Both the position numbers and the translations under genes were made by a program. From an uncultured Acidobacteriota bacterium (GTDB taxonomy: Bacteria > Acidobacteriota > Thermoanaerobaculia > Gp7-AA8), in assembly GCA_963741955.1 (NCBI GenBank), contig CAVUKB010000005.1, positions 1,248,001 through 1,312,000 on the forward strand: DNA of 64,000 bases, written 5' to 3'. Each line of letters opens with the position of its first letter. Position 1 is the stretch's first letter. This document shows positions 1 through 10,047 of the stretch, piece by piece. The notes under the pieces are model-generated. The model worked only from the letters and a program-made list of their open reading frames with translations. It did no database searches and had not been told where the DNA came from.

Positions 1-2
1 TC

Positions 3-338
3 GAGGACGATCCGAAACTGCGGCTCGCGGCTGCGATGATCAACTTCCGGACCCGCATCACCGGCCGCCCCTGGGGCGATCAGGCCCAGTTCGTCGACCG
101 GCGCACGTTCCTCGAGTCGGGAGGGTTTCGTCCGATTCCGATCATGGAGGATTACGAGCTCGCGGGGCGGATGAAGCGCTCACAGAGAACGGTCGTGCTG
201 GATTCCCTGGTACGGACGTCGGGGAGGAGGTTTCTGGAGAAGGGGCTTCTCAGGACCTCCTACGTCAATTGGAAGATCATTGCCGGATGGCATCTCGGCC
301 GTTCGCCGGAGCAACTCGCCGCGCTCTACCGTCGATGA
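3..338 (+). CDS. Glycosyltransferase family 2, TIGR04283-like (C-terminal part; 5' truncated by the window edge)
   Basis: Frame is open from base 3. Motifs GDQAQFV, GGF..IPIMEDYEL, TSGRRF..G and the C-terminal 'PEQLAALY' are typical of this GT2 subfamily. Confidence 0.8.
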   Translation, partial: EDDPKLRLAAAMINFRTRITGRPWGDQAQFVDRRTFLESGGFRPIPIMEDYELAGRMKRSQRTVVLDSLVRTSGRRFLEKGLLRTSYVNWKIIAGWHLGRSPEQLAALYRR

Positions 339-2719
339 GTGGAAAGGCTGGTCCTGCCGGACGAGACGCTGGGAGCCGCCCACGCCCGCCGGTCCAGACT
401 CAGGAAGGACGAGAAGAGCACTTCCGACAGTGGACGACTGACCCCATATCCCTGAACGAGCCAGCAGCCTCTCTCGGCGAGGAAAGCAACCTGCTCCGGG
501 GTCTCCACTCCTTCCGCAATCACGTTCAGGTTCATCGCTCGAGCCATGGCGATGATCGCGGAGACGATGGCCGAATCGTTCGACTCGGAGAAGATCCCGT
601 GCACGAAGCTCCGGTCGATCTTGATCGTGTCGATCGGAAAACGCCGGAGATAAGTGAGCGACGAATACCCGGTACCGAAATCGTCGATGGCCAGACTGAC
701 GCCGAGATCCTTCAGGTCGTTGAGAGTGGCGAGAGTCCGATCGGCGTTCTGCAGTGCCACGCTCTCGGTCAGCTCCAGCTCGACCAGGTGAGGATCGAGT
801 CCCGATTCGCGGAGTGCCTCTTCGACGGTGCGAAAGAAGAATTTCTCCTGAATCTGATGGGCCGACAGATTGATCGCGACCTTGCACGGGATCGGTGAGC
901 TCGCGCTCCACTCCCTCGCCGCACGACACGCCTCCCGGAGCGCCCATTCTCCCAGAGGAAGAATCAGCCTGGCGTCTTCCGCCACCAGCAGGAACTCATC
1001 GGGAGTCAGGAGGCCCTGATCCGTCTGCCAGCGCAACAGAGCCTCGGCGCTCACGATCCGATCGGTCCTCACGTCGAGGACGGGCTGGAAATGGAGGACG
1101 AACTCCTGATTGTCCACCGCACGACGAAGACGGTTCACGAGCGAGAGCCGCTCGATCGCTTCGGTCGTCGCCGGTCCCGACCACTGGTAGTTGTTCTTCC
1201 CGAGACTCTTCGCGACATACATCCCGGTCTCGCTACTCTTGATCAGCGAGGCCGCGTCTTCTCCGTGATTCGGAAAGACGGCGATGCCGAGGCTGCCGGT
1301 GAGGTACACCTCGTCCGACTCGACCGGGTAACTGTGCGCGACGGCCTCCAGAATTTTCTGAGCGACGATCTCACCATCACTCGGCTTGCCGAGGTCGGCG
1401 AGAATCAGGAACTCGTCCCCTCCCGGTCTCGAGACGAGGTCGTTCTCCCGAAGCGCGGATCGGAGGACCGTGGCGACGGCCTGGAGCAGATCGTCGCCGG
1501 TGGCGTGCCCCATCGATTCGTTGATGAGCTTGAACCCGTCGAGGTCGAGGCAGAACACCGCGACCGTCCTCTTGCGCCCGGGCATCTCGGCGATCGCTTC
1601 GTCGACGCGATTCCGGAACATCACCCGATTCGGCAGTCCCGTCAGCGCGTCATGATAGGCCTGATACTGGATCTGCTCCGCTCTCTTCCGGTCGGTGATG
1701 TCCGATGCGACGTAGGTCATGCCGACCGGAACCCCGTCGGCATCACGAAGCATCGACGCGGAGACGCTGACCTCGACCGGGTGCCGGTCCTTTCGCAGCC
1801 ACAACATCGCGCGATCGCGGATCGAGCTTCCACGCATCAGAGTGTCGGATGCGCGGCCGAGGTTGAAAGGAGATTCCACGATGCGCCGGAGAGGCTCGCC
1901 TTTGAGTTCCCCTTCGTCGTATCCGAGCATTTCGAGAACCGAGTGATTGATCAGTTGGATCCGGCCATCGAGATCCGTCACGACCAGAGGCACCTGCATC
2001 GCCTGGAGAATCTCGGTCGCTGTCACGTGCGGCGAGAAGTCGGTCATTCGGAACCGCCATTCGGCGCGGACCGCGAGAACCACGAACCCACCGATCGCGA
2101 CATACCCGAACGGGTACAACGGAAATCCGAATGAAGGGATGAGATCGACCAGAGCGAGATATCCGACCGCGAACGCGATGGCGAAGGCCTCGACGCGCCG
2201 GCGCTGTGCGAGGGACGACGCGCTTCGCGAATGCACCACCAGAAGCCGGAACGCTGCAGCGAGCGCGCCGAACGAGAAGAGAAGGAAAGGAATGCTGCTC
2301 GCGCCGAGCCGTGGATAGTAGCCCCACCAGAACCTGCGCACTCCGTAGACGAACATCGACGTGGAGCTCATCGTCGCGGCAAAGAACGCCGCGACTCCCC
2401 AGAGCGCGAGAACCATCCTCCGGCGCTCCCGCGATACGCCGATAAGCGCGGCGGCGAAGTGATACACCGCGGCCGGGATCAGCGGGATGGAGAGGAATGC
2501 GATCCGGCTCCACATCAATGCTGTGATCGCGAACCGACTCGAATAGACGAGAGACACCGACAGGAGCCAGTGCGCCACGCCGAGACAGATCAGAGAAAAG
2601 AGCGGCCCGAGACCCGAATCGCGTTCCCGGTAGAAGACGATCGATCCCAGGAGCAGAACGGCGATTGCCGTCACCACAGTCGGCAGGGCGAAGCCGTTTG
2701 CGAAATACTCTTCGATCAC
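326..2719 (-). CDS. Membrane diguanylate cyclase/phosphodiesterase (7TM-PAS-GGDEF-EAL)
   Basis: About 7 hydrophobic helices, a PAS domain, HDALTGLPNR, an RxxD I-site (REND) followed by GGDEF, and EAL motifs (SAEALLRW, ELELTES, IDDFGTGYSSL, KIDRSF, AEGVET). The GTG at 2719 follows a GGAAGGGGAG SD-like sequence; the ORF track starts at 2806. Confidence 0.92.
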   Translation of the reverse strand: MIEEYFANGFALPTVVTAIAVLLLGSIVFYRERDSGLGPLFSLICLGVAHWLLSVSLVYSSRFAITALMWSRIAFLSIPLIPAAVYHFAAALIGVSRERRRMVLALWGVAAFFAATMSSTSMFVYGVRRFWWGYYPRLGASSIPFLLFSFGALAAAFRLLVVHSRSASSLAQRRRVEAFAIAFAVGYLALVDLIPSFGFPLYPFGYVAIGGFVVLAVRAEWRFRMTDFSPHVTATEILQAMQVPLVVTDLDGRIQLINHSVLEMLGYDEGELKGEPLRRIVESPFNLGRASDTLMRGSSIRDRAMLWLRKDRHPVEVSVSASMLRDADGVPVGMTYVASDITDRKRAEQIQYQAYHDALTGLPNRVMFRNRVDEAIAEMPGRKRTVAVFCLDLDGFKLINESMGHATGDDLLQAVATVLRSALRENDLVSRPGGDEFLILADLGKPSDGEIVAQKILEAVAHSYPVESDEVYLTGSLGIAVFPNHGEDAASLIKSSETGMYVAKSLGKNNYQWSGPATTEAIERLSLVNRLRRAVDNQEFVLHFQPVLDVRTDRIVSAEALLRWQTDQGLLTPDEFLLVAEDARLILPLGEWALREACRAAREWSASSPIPCKVAINLSAHQIQEKFFFRTVEEALRESGLDPHLVELELTESVALQNADRTLATLNDLKDLGVSLAIDDFGTGYSSLTYLRRFPIDTIKIDRSFVHGIFSESNDSAIVSAIIAMARAMNLNVIAEGVETPEQVAFLAERGCWLVQGYGVSRPLSEVLFSSFLSLDRRAWAAPSVSSGRTSLSTHRR

Positions 2720-2923
2720 CGATCTCCCCTTCCCGATCGCATCCGGGGCCGGGCCCCCTAAAAGGCTCTGGCACGCCGTCCTGCCGGCAGCGCGAACCTC
2801 GACCATTGTTCAACACATGTATGGCGAATGCAAAAGCTTGCCGCGCGGAGTGATTCCGGATATCCGGGATTTCCCCCTCCGGAACTCCTTCACCGCAAGA
2901 CGTGAACGGCGTATATTCGAACG

Positions 2924-5900
2924 ATGCGCTCGAGCTTGGAGCCGTCCCCGCTCCGATGGCGGATGCTCCTCCTTCCCATCGCGGTTCTCTGGCTCTCGGC
3001 TGGCACCATGTCGGCGCAGGAGCTCCCGTTCCGGCATTTCACCCCCGACCGCGAAATGTCACCCCTCCCGTCTGCGAGCGTCCAGAAGGTGTATCAGGAC
3101 CGCCTCGGTTACATCTGGTTCAGCTTCTTCTCTTCCGGCCTCGCACGCTACGACGGCCATTCCCTGGAGCTCTACGACGGGAGCAGCAATCTGCCCGACC
3201 TGACGATACGGGAGCTGACCGAAGGTAAGGATGGGAGGCTCTGGGTGGGAACGGATGCCGGCCTCGCGGTCTCGGACCGCCCGCTCGGCCAGTATCCCCC
3301 GGGCGCAAAGGTGAAGTTCGTAACCACCGTCGGCGGCACACACCTGACGGAGAGCGCGGTGCGCCGCTCCTGTCTGCGAGTCTCGCCCGCCGGTGACGTC
3401 ATGGTCGGAACCGACGAGGGGATCTTCCGCTACTCGTGGACTTCGAACGGCCTGCTCACCGCCGAGCTGTTTCGTACGGAGATGCTGGAGCCCGGGAGGA
3501 ACGAAGGAATCACCTGCATGCTCTTCCGCCGCACCGGCGAATTCTGGGTCGCGCTCAGCTCCGGCGAGATTCTGATCTACGACACGGTCGCCCTCGCGAA
3601 TCAGCGGCCGCCCCGGATTCTCTCCTCGGTGGATGGACTGCCAGAATCGGTCGTCACCGCGCTCTACGAGACGGAGGACGGTACTCTGTACGGAGGATGC
3701 ACCAACGGAGAGGTCTGGGAGGTGCAGCCATCCGACAGGCCGACCTTCCGCATCGTCAGCCGGGAGCTCTCGACGCGGATCGTGGCGATCGTAAGCTCGA
3801 GAGACGGCGATCTCTGGATCGCCAGCCTCGGCTCGGGAGCGGTGAAAATCCCCCCCGGCAACGCTCCACACGTCCTGATCACCCGCCGGGCAGGCCTGAT
3901 CAGCGACACCCTCTGGAGTCTGCTGGCGGATCGCGAGGGGAATCTCTGGTTCGCTCAGAACGGTGGAGTCTCCCGACTCAAAGCCGACTACTCGGCATAT
4001 GGTGCATGGACCGCCCGCTCGTACACCGGCGAGAAACCGGTCCTGACCGACCCGAACACGTTCGCGGTGATTCCCCCCACCACGGCGAAACAGGGGATGA
4101 ATTCGTGGACCTGGGTCGGCACCGGCGGCGGCGTCACCGCGATCGACTCCGACGGCTCCGCAGAGACGTTCACCAGAGCGGAAGGGCTGGAGAGCTCGTC
4201 CGTCTACGCTCTCGGCGAGGATCGAGCCGGAACGATCTGGATCGGAGGCGTCGGCGGCCTCGCGTCGCTGACTCCCGAAGGCGCTCGTCCCCCTGCGCCG
4301 CTCGGGATGTCACGGGCCCGCCAGGTGATGCTGCTCGGGAGGAAGTTCGAAGCGCGCCGATACGACGCTGGGAAGACCTACTTCGTCCTCTCCCACTCCG
4401 TCGGATCGCCGCCTGAAGGGACGGCGGCAGTCGGAGCAACTTGGTTCGCGGAATCACGCGGCGTTGCGGCCCTGGTCGGAGATCGGTGGTATCTCTTCTC
4501 CCAGCGCTCGGGACTCCCTCGATCCGGCGCGTTGAGCGTGGCCTTCGACGAATCCGGATATCTGTGGGTCTCGTCCCGCGACAGTGGAATCTATCGGACC
4601 ATCCGACCCCTCACTCCGGAGCAGCTGTCTGCTGCTCCACCGGCAGACGGAGCAACGCTGACCGAGATCAGGCAACCGCTTTTCGAGCCCTTCTGGTCGA
4701 AGCGGGACGGGGCGCCGACCAATGCCGTGCACAGCCTCCTCTGGGCGGCGGGAAGAATGTGGGCGGGAACGTCGGCCGGTCTCGCCGTCTTCGAGAGCAA
4801 CAGCCGGAGACCGTCGGCCATACTCGGACCGGAGAACGGTCTCGGTGGCGGGAACGTGATCTCGCTCGCATTCGATGAGGGTCGTGGCGTCCTCTGGGTC
4901 GCTCAGAACCAGGGGCTCGCGCAGGTCGACCCGACCTCATTGAGCGTTCGCAGAATCATCGGCTCGCAGGATGGACTCCTCGACAACGAATCGTGGGGCT
5001 ACGGGTCCGTCGCCGTGTCGCATGACGGTACGGTATACATCGCCACGCCCAAAGGGCTCTCGTGGTTTCATCCACAACTCGCGAGGGTGAATCTCGTTCC
5101 TCCGGTTCTCCAGTTCCGGCGATTCGAACTGCACGACCGCCCGAGCGGCAACAACGATCTCGAGATCGAGTACGCAGCTCTCACTTTCTCGAATGAGCGC
5201 CGGGTGAGATACAGGACACGCCTGGTCGGGTACGACTCCGACTGGTCGGAGCCCACGCGGGAGGTCAAGCTGCGTTACACCAACATCCCGGCGATCCTGT
5301 TTCGCAAGAGCTACACGTTCGAGGTGATGGCGTGCAACGGCGACGGAATCTGGACGCCACGTCCCATGACCCGGACGTTTTCCGTCCTTCCTCCGATCTG
5401 GAGCCGTTGGTGGTCGTGGCTGATCTATCTGGGCCTCCTCGGAGTCGCAGTCCAGATAGGACATCGTGTACGAACGGCGCAACTGAAGAACCGGACCGGG
5501 ATCCTGGAAGAGCTGGTCAGTGTTCGCACCTCGGAGATCGCCGCGCAGGCCGAGGAGCTCGACACCCTCGACAGAATCGTTCAGGCGATCAATCGGGAAG
5601 TCAATCTGGAAGCGCTTCTTCGCGCTCTTCTCGAACAGGGTCAGATCCTCTTCCCTCAGGCGGAGAAAGGCGCGTTCGTCATTCTCGATCGGGACCGCAA
5701 CCGCTGCGAGATCGCCGCGGTCACGGGCTATGACTCCGGAATCACCCGCGAGATCGGGCTCTCACTGGAAGAAGCGGTCGTCCGGTACGCGAAGAGTGGA
5801 GAGAAGCTGGGCGAAGGCGTGTATCTGGTCAAGGAGTTCGGAGCTCTCGCCGGAGAGCAGAAGATGAGGCAGATTCCCAGACCGCGCTCGATGCTGGCGA

Positions 5901-7264
5901 TGGAAGTGACACTGGGAGGCGAGCTGGAAGGATTTCTCGTGTTCGACAACTTCACGGATCCCGAAGCGTTCAAAAGATCCGACGTCCTGCGCCTGGGACG
6001 ATTCCGCGAACATGCAGTCTCCGCCATCACCAAGGCTCGTATCCTCAGGGAGCGCGAAGCGAAGAATCGGGAAGCGGTCGAAGCCAGCCGTGCGAAGAGC
6101 ACGTTCCTGGCGAACATGAGTCACGAGCTTCGAACCCCGATGAACTCGATCATCGGGTTCTCGGAGATTCTGGTGGAACGGCTGGAGAACCGGATCGACC
6201 CGAAGGAGCACAGCTTCCTGCAATCGATCCTCACCTCGGCGCACCACCTGCTGGACATCATCAATGACGTGCTGGATCTCTCCAAGGTCGAAGCCGGGCG
6301 CATGGAGATTTACCGCGAGCGTCTCGACGTCCGTGCGACGATCGAGAGTATCTGCCACCTGATGCGCGGAATCTCGTCCAAACGCAACATTGGGATTTCC
6401 GTCGATCTCGACGATCGGATCCCGGAGATCGAGACCGACGCCTCGAAGTTCAAGCAGATCCTTTCGAACCTCCTGTCCAATGCCATCAAGTTCTCTCCGG
6501 TCGGCTCCGAGGTCGTCGTGGCTGCGCGCTGGAATCCGGAGACGCTGCCGAACGCCGGCACCGTGACCGTCGTCGTCTCCGATCAGGGAATCGGAATCGA
6601 TCCGGGAGATCTGCCGGTGATTTTTCAGGAGTTCCGGCAGATCGATTCGTCGGCGCGCCGCGGCTATCCCGGCACCGGACTCGGGCTGTCGCTGGTGAAG
6701 CGTTACGTCGAGCTTCTCGGTGGGAGAGTCGACGTCGAGAGCGCTCCGGGAATGGGCAGCAGATTCTCCTTCACTCTACCGGTGCGACTCGGCAATGAAC
6801 CGAGCGTCTTTCAATCGGCGCCGGAGCCGACGTTCGCTCGAGTTCTTCTGATCAAGGACGATGCCGGTTCTCTCGAAGAGATCGAAACGGAGCTGACGGC
6901 GGCACACTTCGTTCCCCGGCGCTCCAGCAGTGCCGAGGCGATGGCCGCAATCGCTCGGGAGCGACCCGGCGCAATCGTGGTCGCAGCGTCCACGACGTCC
7001 GGCAATGTGGCGATCCTGAAGGAAATCGCCTCAACCGAGTCGGCAAGAGAGATTCCGATGATCGTGGTCGGTACCGAGTCGGATCGCGAGCTGATGATTG
7101 CACTCGGCGCTCGCGATTCCTTCGTCTGGCCCCTGAACCGTGAGCTGATCATTCACCGCCTGCGCGATCTGACGCAAGGCGTTCCCTCCGGAGCCCGGGA
7201 TCTCCAGCTGACAGGCGAGATCGAACTGCGCGGCTCCCGCCCACCTCGACAGCCGGAACACTGA
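2924..7264 (+). CDS. Hybrid sensor histidine kinase (beta-propeller/Y_Y_Y sensor, TM, GAF, HisKA, HATPase_c, degenerate receiver)
   Basis: Signal peptide, repeated D..G.LW.G..GL propeller blades, Y_Y_Y-like domain, TM helix, H-box FLANMSHELRTPMNSIIGFSE, N box NLLSNAIKF, G boxes DQGIGI and GTGLGL. Confidence 0.92.
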   Translation: MRSSLEPSPLRWRMLLLPIAVLWLSAGTMSAQELPFRHFTPDREMSPLPSASVQKVYQDRLGYIWFSFFSSGLARYDGHSLELYDGSSNLPDLTIRELTEGKDGRLWVGTDAGLAVSDRPLGQYPPGAKVKFVTTVGGTHLTESAVRRSCLRVSPAGDVMVGTDEGIFRYSWTSNGLLTAELFRTEMLEPGRNEGITCMLFRRTGEFWVALSSGEILIYDTVALANQRPPRILSSVDGLPESVVTALYETEDGTLYGGCTNGEVWEVQPSDRPTFRIVSRELSTRIVAIVSSRDGDLWIASLGSGAVKIPPGNAPHVLITRRAGLISDTLWSLLADREGNLWFAQNGGVSRLKADYSAYGAWTARSYTGEKPVLTDPNTFAVIPPTTAKQGMNSWTWVGTGGGVTAIDSDGSAETFTRAEGLESSSVYALGEDRAGTIWIGGVGGLASLTPEGARPPAPLGMSRARQVMLLGRKFEARRYDAGKTYFVLSHSVGSPPEGTAAVGATWFAESRGVAALVGDRWYLFSQRSGLPRSGALSVAFDESGYLWVSSRDSGIYRTIRPLTPEQLSAAPPADGATLTEIRQPLFEPFWSKRDGAPTNAVHSLLWAAGRMWAGTSAGLAVFESNSRRPSAILGPENGLGGGNVISLAFDEGRGVLWVAQNQGLAQVDPTSLSVRRIIGSQDGLLDNESWGYGSVAVSHDGTVYIATPKGLSWFHPQLARVNLVPPVLQFRRFELHDRPSGNNDLEIEYAALTFSNERRVRYRTRLVGYDSDWSEPTREVKLRYTNIPAILFRKSYTFEVMACNGDGIWTPRPMTRTFSVLPPIWSRWWSWLIYLGLLGVAVQIGHRVRTAQLKNRTGILEELVSVRTSEIAAQAEELDTLDRIVQAINREVNLEALLRALLEQGQILFPQAEKGAFVILDRDRNRCEIAAVTGYDSGITREIGLSLEEAVVRYAKSGEKLGEGVYLVKEFGALAGEQKMRQIPRPRSMLAMEVTLGGELEGFLVFDNFTDPEAFKRSDVLRLGRFREHAVSAITKARILREREAKNREAVEASRAKSTFLANMSHELRTPMNSIIGFSEILVERLENRIDPKEHSFLQSILTSAHHLLDIINDVLDLSKVEAGRMEIYRERLDVRATIESICHLMRGISSKRNIGISVDLDDRIPEIETDASKFKQILSNLLSNAIKFSPVGSEVVVAARWNPETLPNAGTVTVVVSDQGIGIDPGDLPVIFQEFRQIDSSARRGYPGTGLGLSLVKRYVELLGGRVDVESAPGMGSRFSFTLPVRLGNEPSVFQSAPEPTFARVLLIKDDAGSLEEIETELTAAHFVPRRSSSAEAMAAIARERPGAIVVAASTTSGNVAILKEIASTESAREIPMIVVGTESDRELMIALGARDSFVWPLNRELIIHRLRDLTQGVPSGARDLQLTGEIELRGSRPPRQPEH

Positions 7265-7272
7265 CGATCGAC

Positions 7273-9441
7273 TCATCCGATCCGGATCCGGGCGTCGACC
7301 GCAACACTCCCCTTTCCAGGCACTCGTGCCAGAAGCGGATTGATGTCGAGCTCCTGGATGGAAGGAAGGTCGATCGCCATCTGACTCACTCGAAGCAACA
7401 CTTCCACGATCGAGTCGCGATCCGCGGGGCGCGACCCGCGAAATCCGTCGAGGAGCTTCGCCGCGCGGATGCGTTCGAGCATCTCGCGTGCATCGCGATC
7501 GGTGATCGGCGCGACGCGGAACACCACGTCCTTCCACACCTCCACGTTCACTCCGCCGAGCCCGAAGGCGATCAGTGGGCCGAAGCTCGGGTCACGGCTC
7601 ATTCCGACGAAGATCTCGACTCCCGCACCAGCCATCTGCTGGACGATCGCGCCGGCCATCGCCTCGGGTGGATAGCCGTGCGCTTCGATCGAGCTCCGTA
7701 TACGCTCGAAGCCCCGCCGGAGATCCTTTTCATTCTTCAGATTCAGGACTACCCCGCCCACGTCGCTCTTGTGCACGATGGTTTCCGAGCTGAGCTTGAG
7801 CGCGACCGGATACCCGAGCTCTTCGGCCGCATCGACGGCCGCATCAACGTCGGGAGCAAAACGGGACCCGAGGATCGGCACTCCGTACGCAGTGAGGAGA
7901 TCACCGGCACGATCGGATCCGAGCCAGGTTCCGGCGGCCGATGCCCCTCCTTCGGGAGTGACCAACCGGCGTGCGCGATCGAGATCGACCTCGAAAACCC
8001 GATGCTCACCGGGAGGAATCGAGAGCCACTCACCGTGACGGACGGCCCGGGAGAGCGCCAGAGCCGCGGCTTCGGGAAATGCGTACGAGGGGATCTTTCC
8101 TTCGTGCAGCGACGAGAGTGCGGGCGGGATCCCGTGCGTTCCCATCAGGCAGGTCAGAACCGGTTTCTTCTGATGGGATTCTGCCGCCGCTCGACAGATT
8201 GCCGTGGCCACTTCCGCGGCCTCGGTCATGATCGGAGGAACGAATAGAACGATCACCGCGTCGATGCCCGGATCGTGAAGGAGGAGCCTGAGCCCTCTCT
8301 CGTACGAAGAGGCCGTGGCGCTCGCAACCATGTCCACCGGATTTCGAACCGAGGCCTCAGGAGGGAGAAAGGCCCGGAGCGAGGAAACCGTCTCAGGCGC
8401 AAGCTCCGGAAGGACCAACCCCCGATGCTCACACGCATCCGAGGCCATGATTCCGGGACCTCCTCCGTTGGTGAGGATGGCGACTCGGTTTCCGGAGGGG
8501 ATCGGCTGATTCGCGAGCAGCATCGCCATGTCGAACAGCTCTTCGATGGTATCGGTGCGGATCACCCCGGCCTGTTCCAGCAGCGCGTCTACGGCCACGT
8601 CCTTCGACGCGAGGGCGCCGGTATGGGAAGACGCCGCACGCGCGCCAGCGCCCGTGCGACCGCTCTTGACTACCGCAATCGGCTTTTTGCGGCTGATGCG
8701 CCGAGCGATCTCGAGGAATCTCTTGGGGTTTCCGAAGCTCTCGAGATAGAGGAGGATGGTGTTGATCGCAGCATCCTCTTCCCAGTACTCGAGGAGGTCG
8801 TTTCCGGAAACGTCGGCCTTGTTGCCCACACTGACGAATTCACGCACGCCGATTCCGAGCTCGTTCGCGTAGTCGAGAATCGCGACTCCGAGCGCACCGG
8901 ATTGAGACGAGAAGGCCACCGAGCCGGAAGGCGGCCAGGTGGGAGCGAATGTCGCATTGAGGCGTACTTCGGGATCGGTATTCACCACCCCGAGGCAGTT
9001 AGGCCCGACCAACCGGATCCCGTTGCGCCGGAGCTTCGCGACGAACTCGTTCTGCAGTGCCCGTCCTCCCTCGCCGACCTCCGCGAATCCGGCCGTCAGG
9101 ATGATCAGGCCTCTGACTTTCTTTTCGATGCAATCGTCGACCACGGTCGGAACCAGACTGGCCGGAACGCAGAGCACGGCGAGATCGACTTCGTCCGGAA
9201 TGCTCGTCACCGTCGGGTACGCACGGATCGACTGAACGAACTGCGCGGTCGGGTTCACCGGGTACACGACACCCTCGAATCCACTTCGTACCACGTTCTG
9301 CAACACTTCCGCTCCGATTGCTCCCCGTCGCCGTGAGGCGCCTACGATGGCCACGGAGCGTGGACGGAAGATTGCGTCGAGCGCACCGACGGAACGTTTC
9401 TCGGGGATCGCGGCGGAAAGGGTCTGGTCTGCAATGGACAT
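7273..9441 (-). CDS. Acetate/acyl-CoA ligase (ADP-forming), fused alpha-beta
   Basis: CoA-binding domain (PRSVAIVGAS, GPNCLG, SQSGALG), catalytic His motif SSHTGAL, C-terminal ATP-grasp (HKSDVGGV, ELDINPL); no GNAT domain. The ATG at 9441 follows GGAGG. Confidence 0.88.
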   Translation of the reverse strand: MSIADQTLSAAIPEKRSVGALDAIFRPRSVAIVGASRRRGAIGAEVLQNVVRSGFEGVVYPVNPTAQFVQSIRAYPTVTSIPDEVDLAVLCVPASLVPTVVDDCIEKKVRGLIILTAGFAEVGEGGRALQNEFVAKLRRNGIRLVGPNCLGVVNTDPEVRLNATFAPTWPPSGSVAFSSQSGALGVAILDYANELGIGVREFVSVGNKADVSGNDLLEYWEEDAAINTILLYLESFGNPKRFLEIARRISRKKPIAVVKSGRTGAGARAASSHTGALASKDVAVDALLEQAGVIRTDTIEELFDMAMLLANQPIPSGNRVAILTNGGGPGIMASDACEHRGLVLPELAPETVSSLRAFLPPEASVRNPVDMVASATASSYERGLRLLLHDPGIDAVIVLFVPPIMTEAAEVATAICRAAAESHQKKPVLTCLMGTHGIPPALSSLHEGKIPSYAFPEAAALALSRAVRHGEWLSIPPGEHRVFEVDLDRARRLVTPEGGASAAGTWLGSDRAGDLLTAYGVPILGSRFAPDVDAAVDAAEELGYPVALKLSSETIVHKSDVGGVVLNLKNEKDLRRGFERIRSSIEAHGYPPEAMAGAIVQQMAGAGVEIFVGMSRDPSFGPLIAFGLGGVNVEVWKDVVFRVAPITDRDAREMLERIRAAKLLDGFRGSRPADRDSIVEVLLRVSQMAIDLPSIQELDINPLLARVPGKGSVAVDARIRIG

Positions 9442-9546
9442 GATGCCTCCGAGTGGCAAGCTACGCATGGCGCAGCGTCGGCTCGATGATGGGGGTCACC
9501 GGCAGCTGTGATCGCAGACCGGACGGATGTATCGCATACGGGCGGA

Positions 9547-10047
9547 TCAACGGTTCTCGCGACTCTTTCGAGCATCCTCGAGACGGCGGACCTTGCGTGC
9601 GTGTCGCACCCGCCCGAGGAACACGTTCAACGCGTGATCACGCGAGAGGAACGGAATCACCGGCCGGGAGCGCTGTCCGAACGCACGCCATACCGATTTG
9701 AGCTCGGCATTCTCGGGCATGACCCGAAGACCCTCTGCCAGTGTCTCGACCGCCTTCCGCCGGTTCCCTCCTGCCATGTAGACCCGGGCGAGATTCGCGT
9801 AGTGCTCGCCGTGGTAGAACTGAAGCTCGATTGCGCGCTTGCAGAGGTCGATCGCAGGTTTGATTTTTCTCTCGACCAGTGCGAGGCAGAGACCGTAGTA
9901 GGAAAGCCCGTCCGGAGTCTTTTCCGAATTCTGGGATGCATACGCAGACTGAAGCAGCGTCAGCGCGCGCAGATAGTCTTCCGATTGAGCAGCTGCGATC
10001 CCGTGACGAATCGCAAGCGTGATCTCCTGATCGGTGTACTCCGTCAC
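9547..10047 (-). CDS. Tetratricopeptide-repeat protein
   Basis: Helical TPR-like repeats (AIDLCKRAIEL, YANLARVYMAGG..AVETLAEGLRVMPEN); 4-bp overlap with the upstream gene. Confidence 0.75.
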   Translation of the reverse strand: MTEYTDQEITLAIRHGIAAAQSEDYLRALTLLQSAYASQNSEKTPDGLSYYGLCLALVERKIKPAIDLCKRAIELQFYHGEHYANLARVYMAGGNRRKAVETLAEGLRVMPENAELKSVWRAFGQRSRPVIPFLSRDHALNVFLGRVRHARKVRRLEDARKSRENR

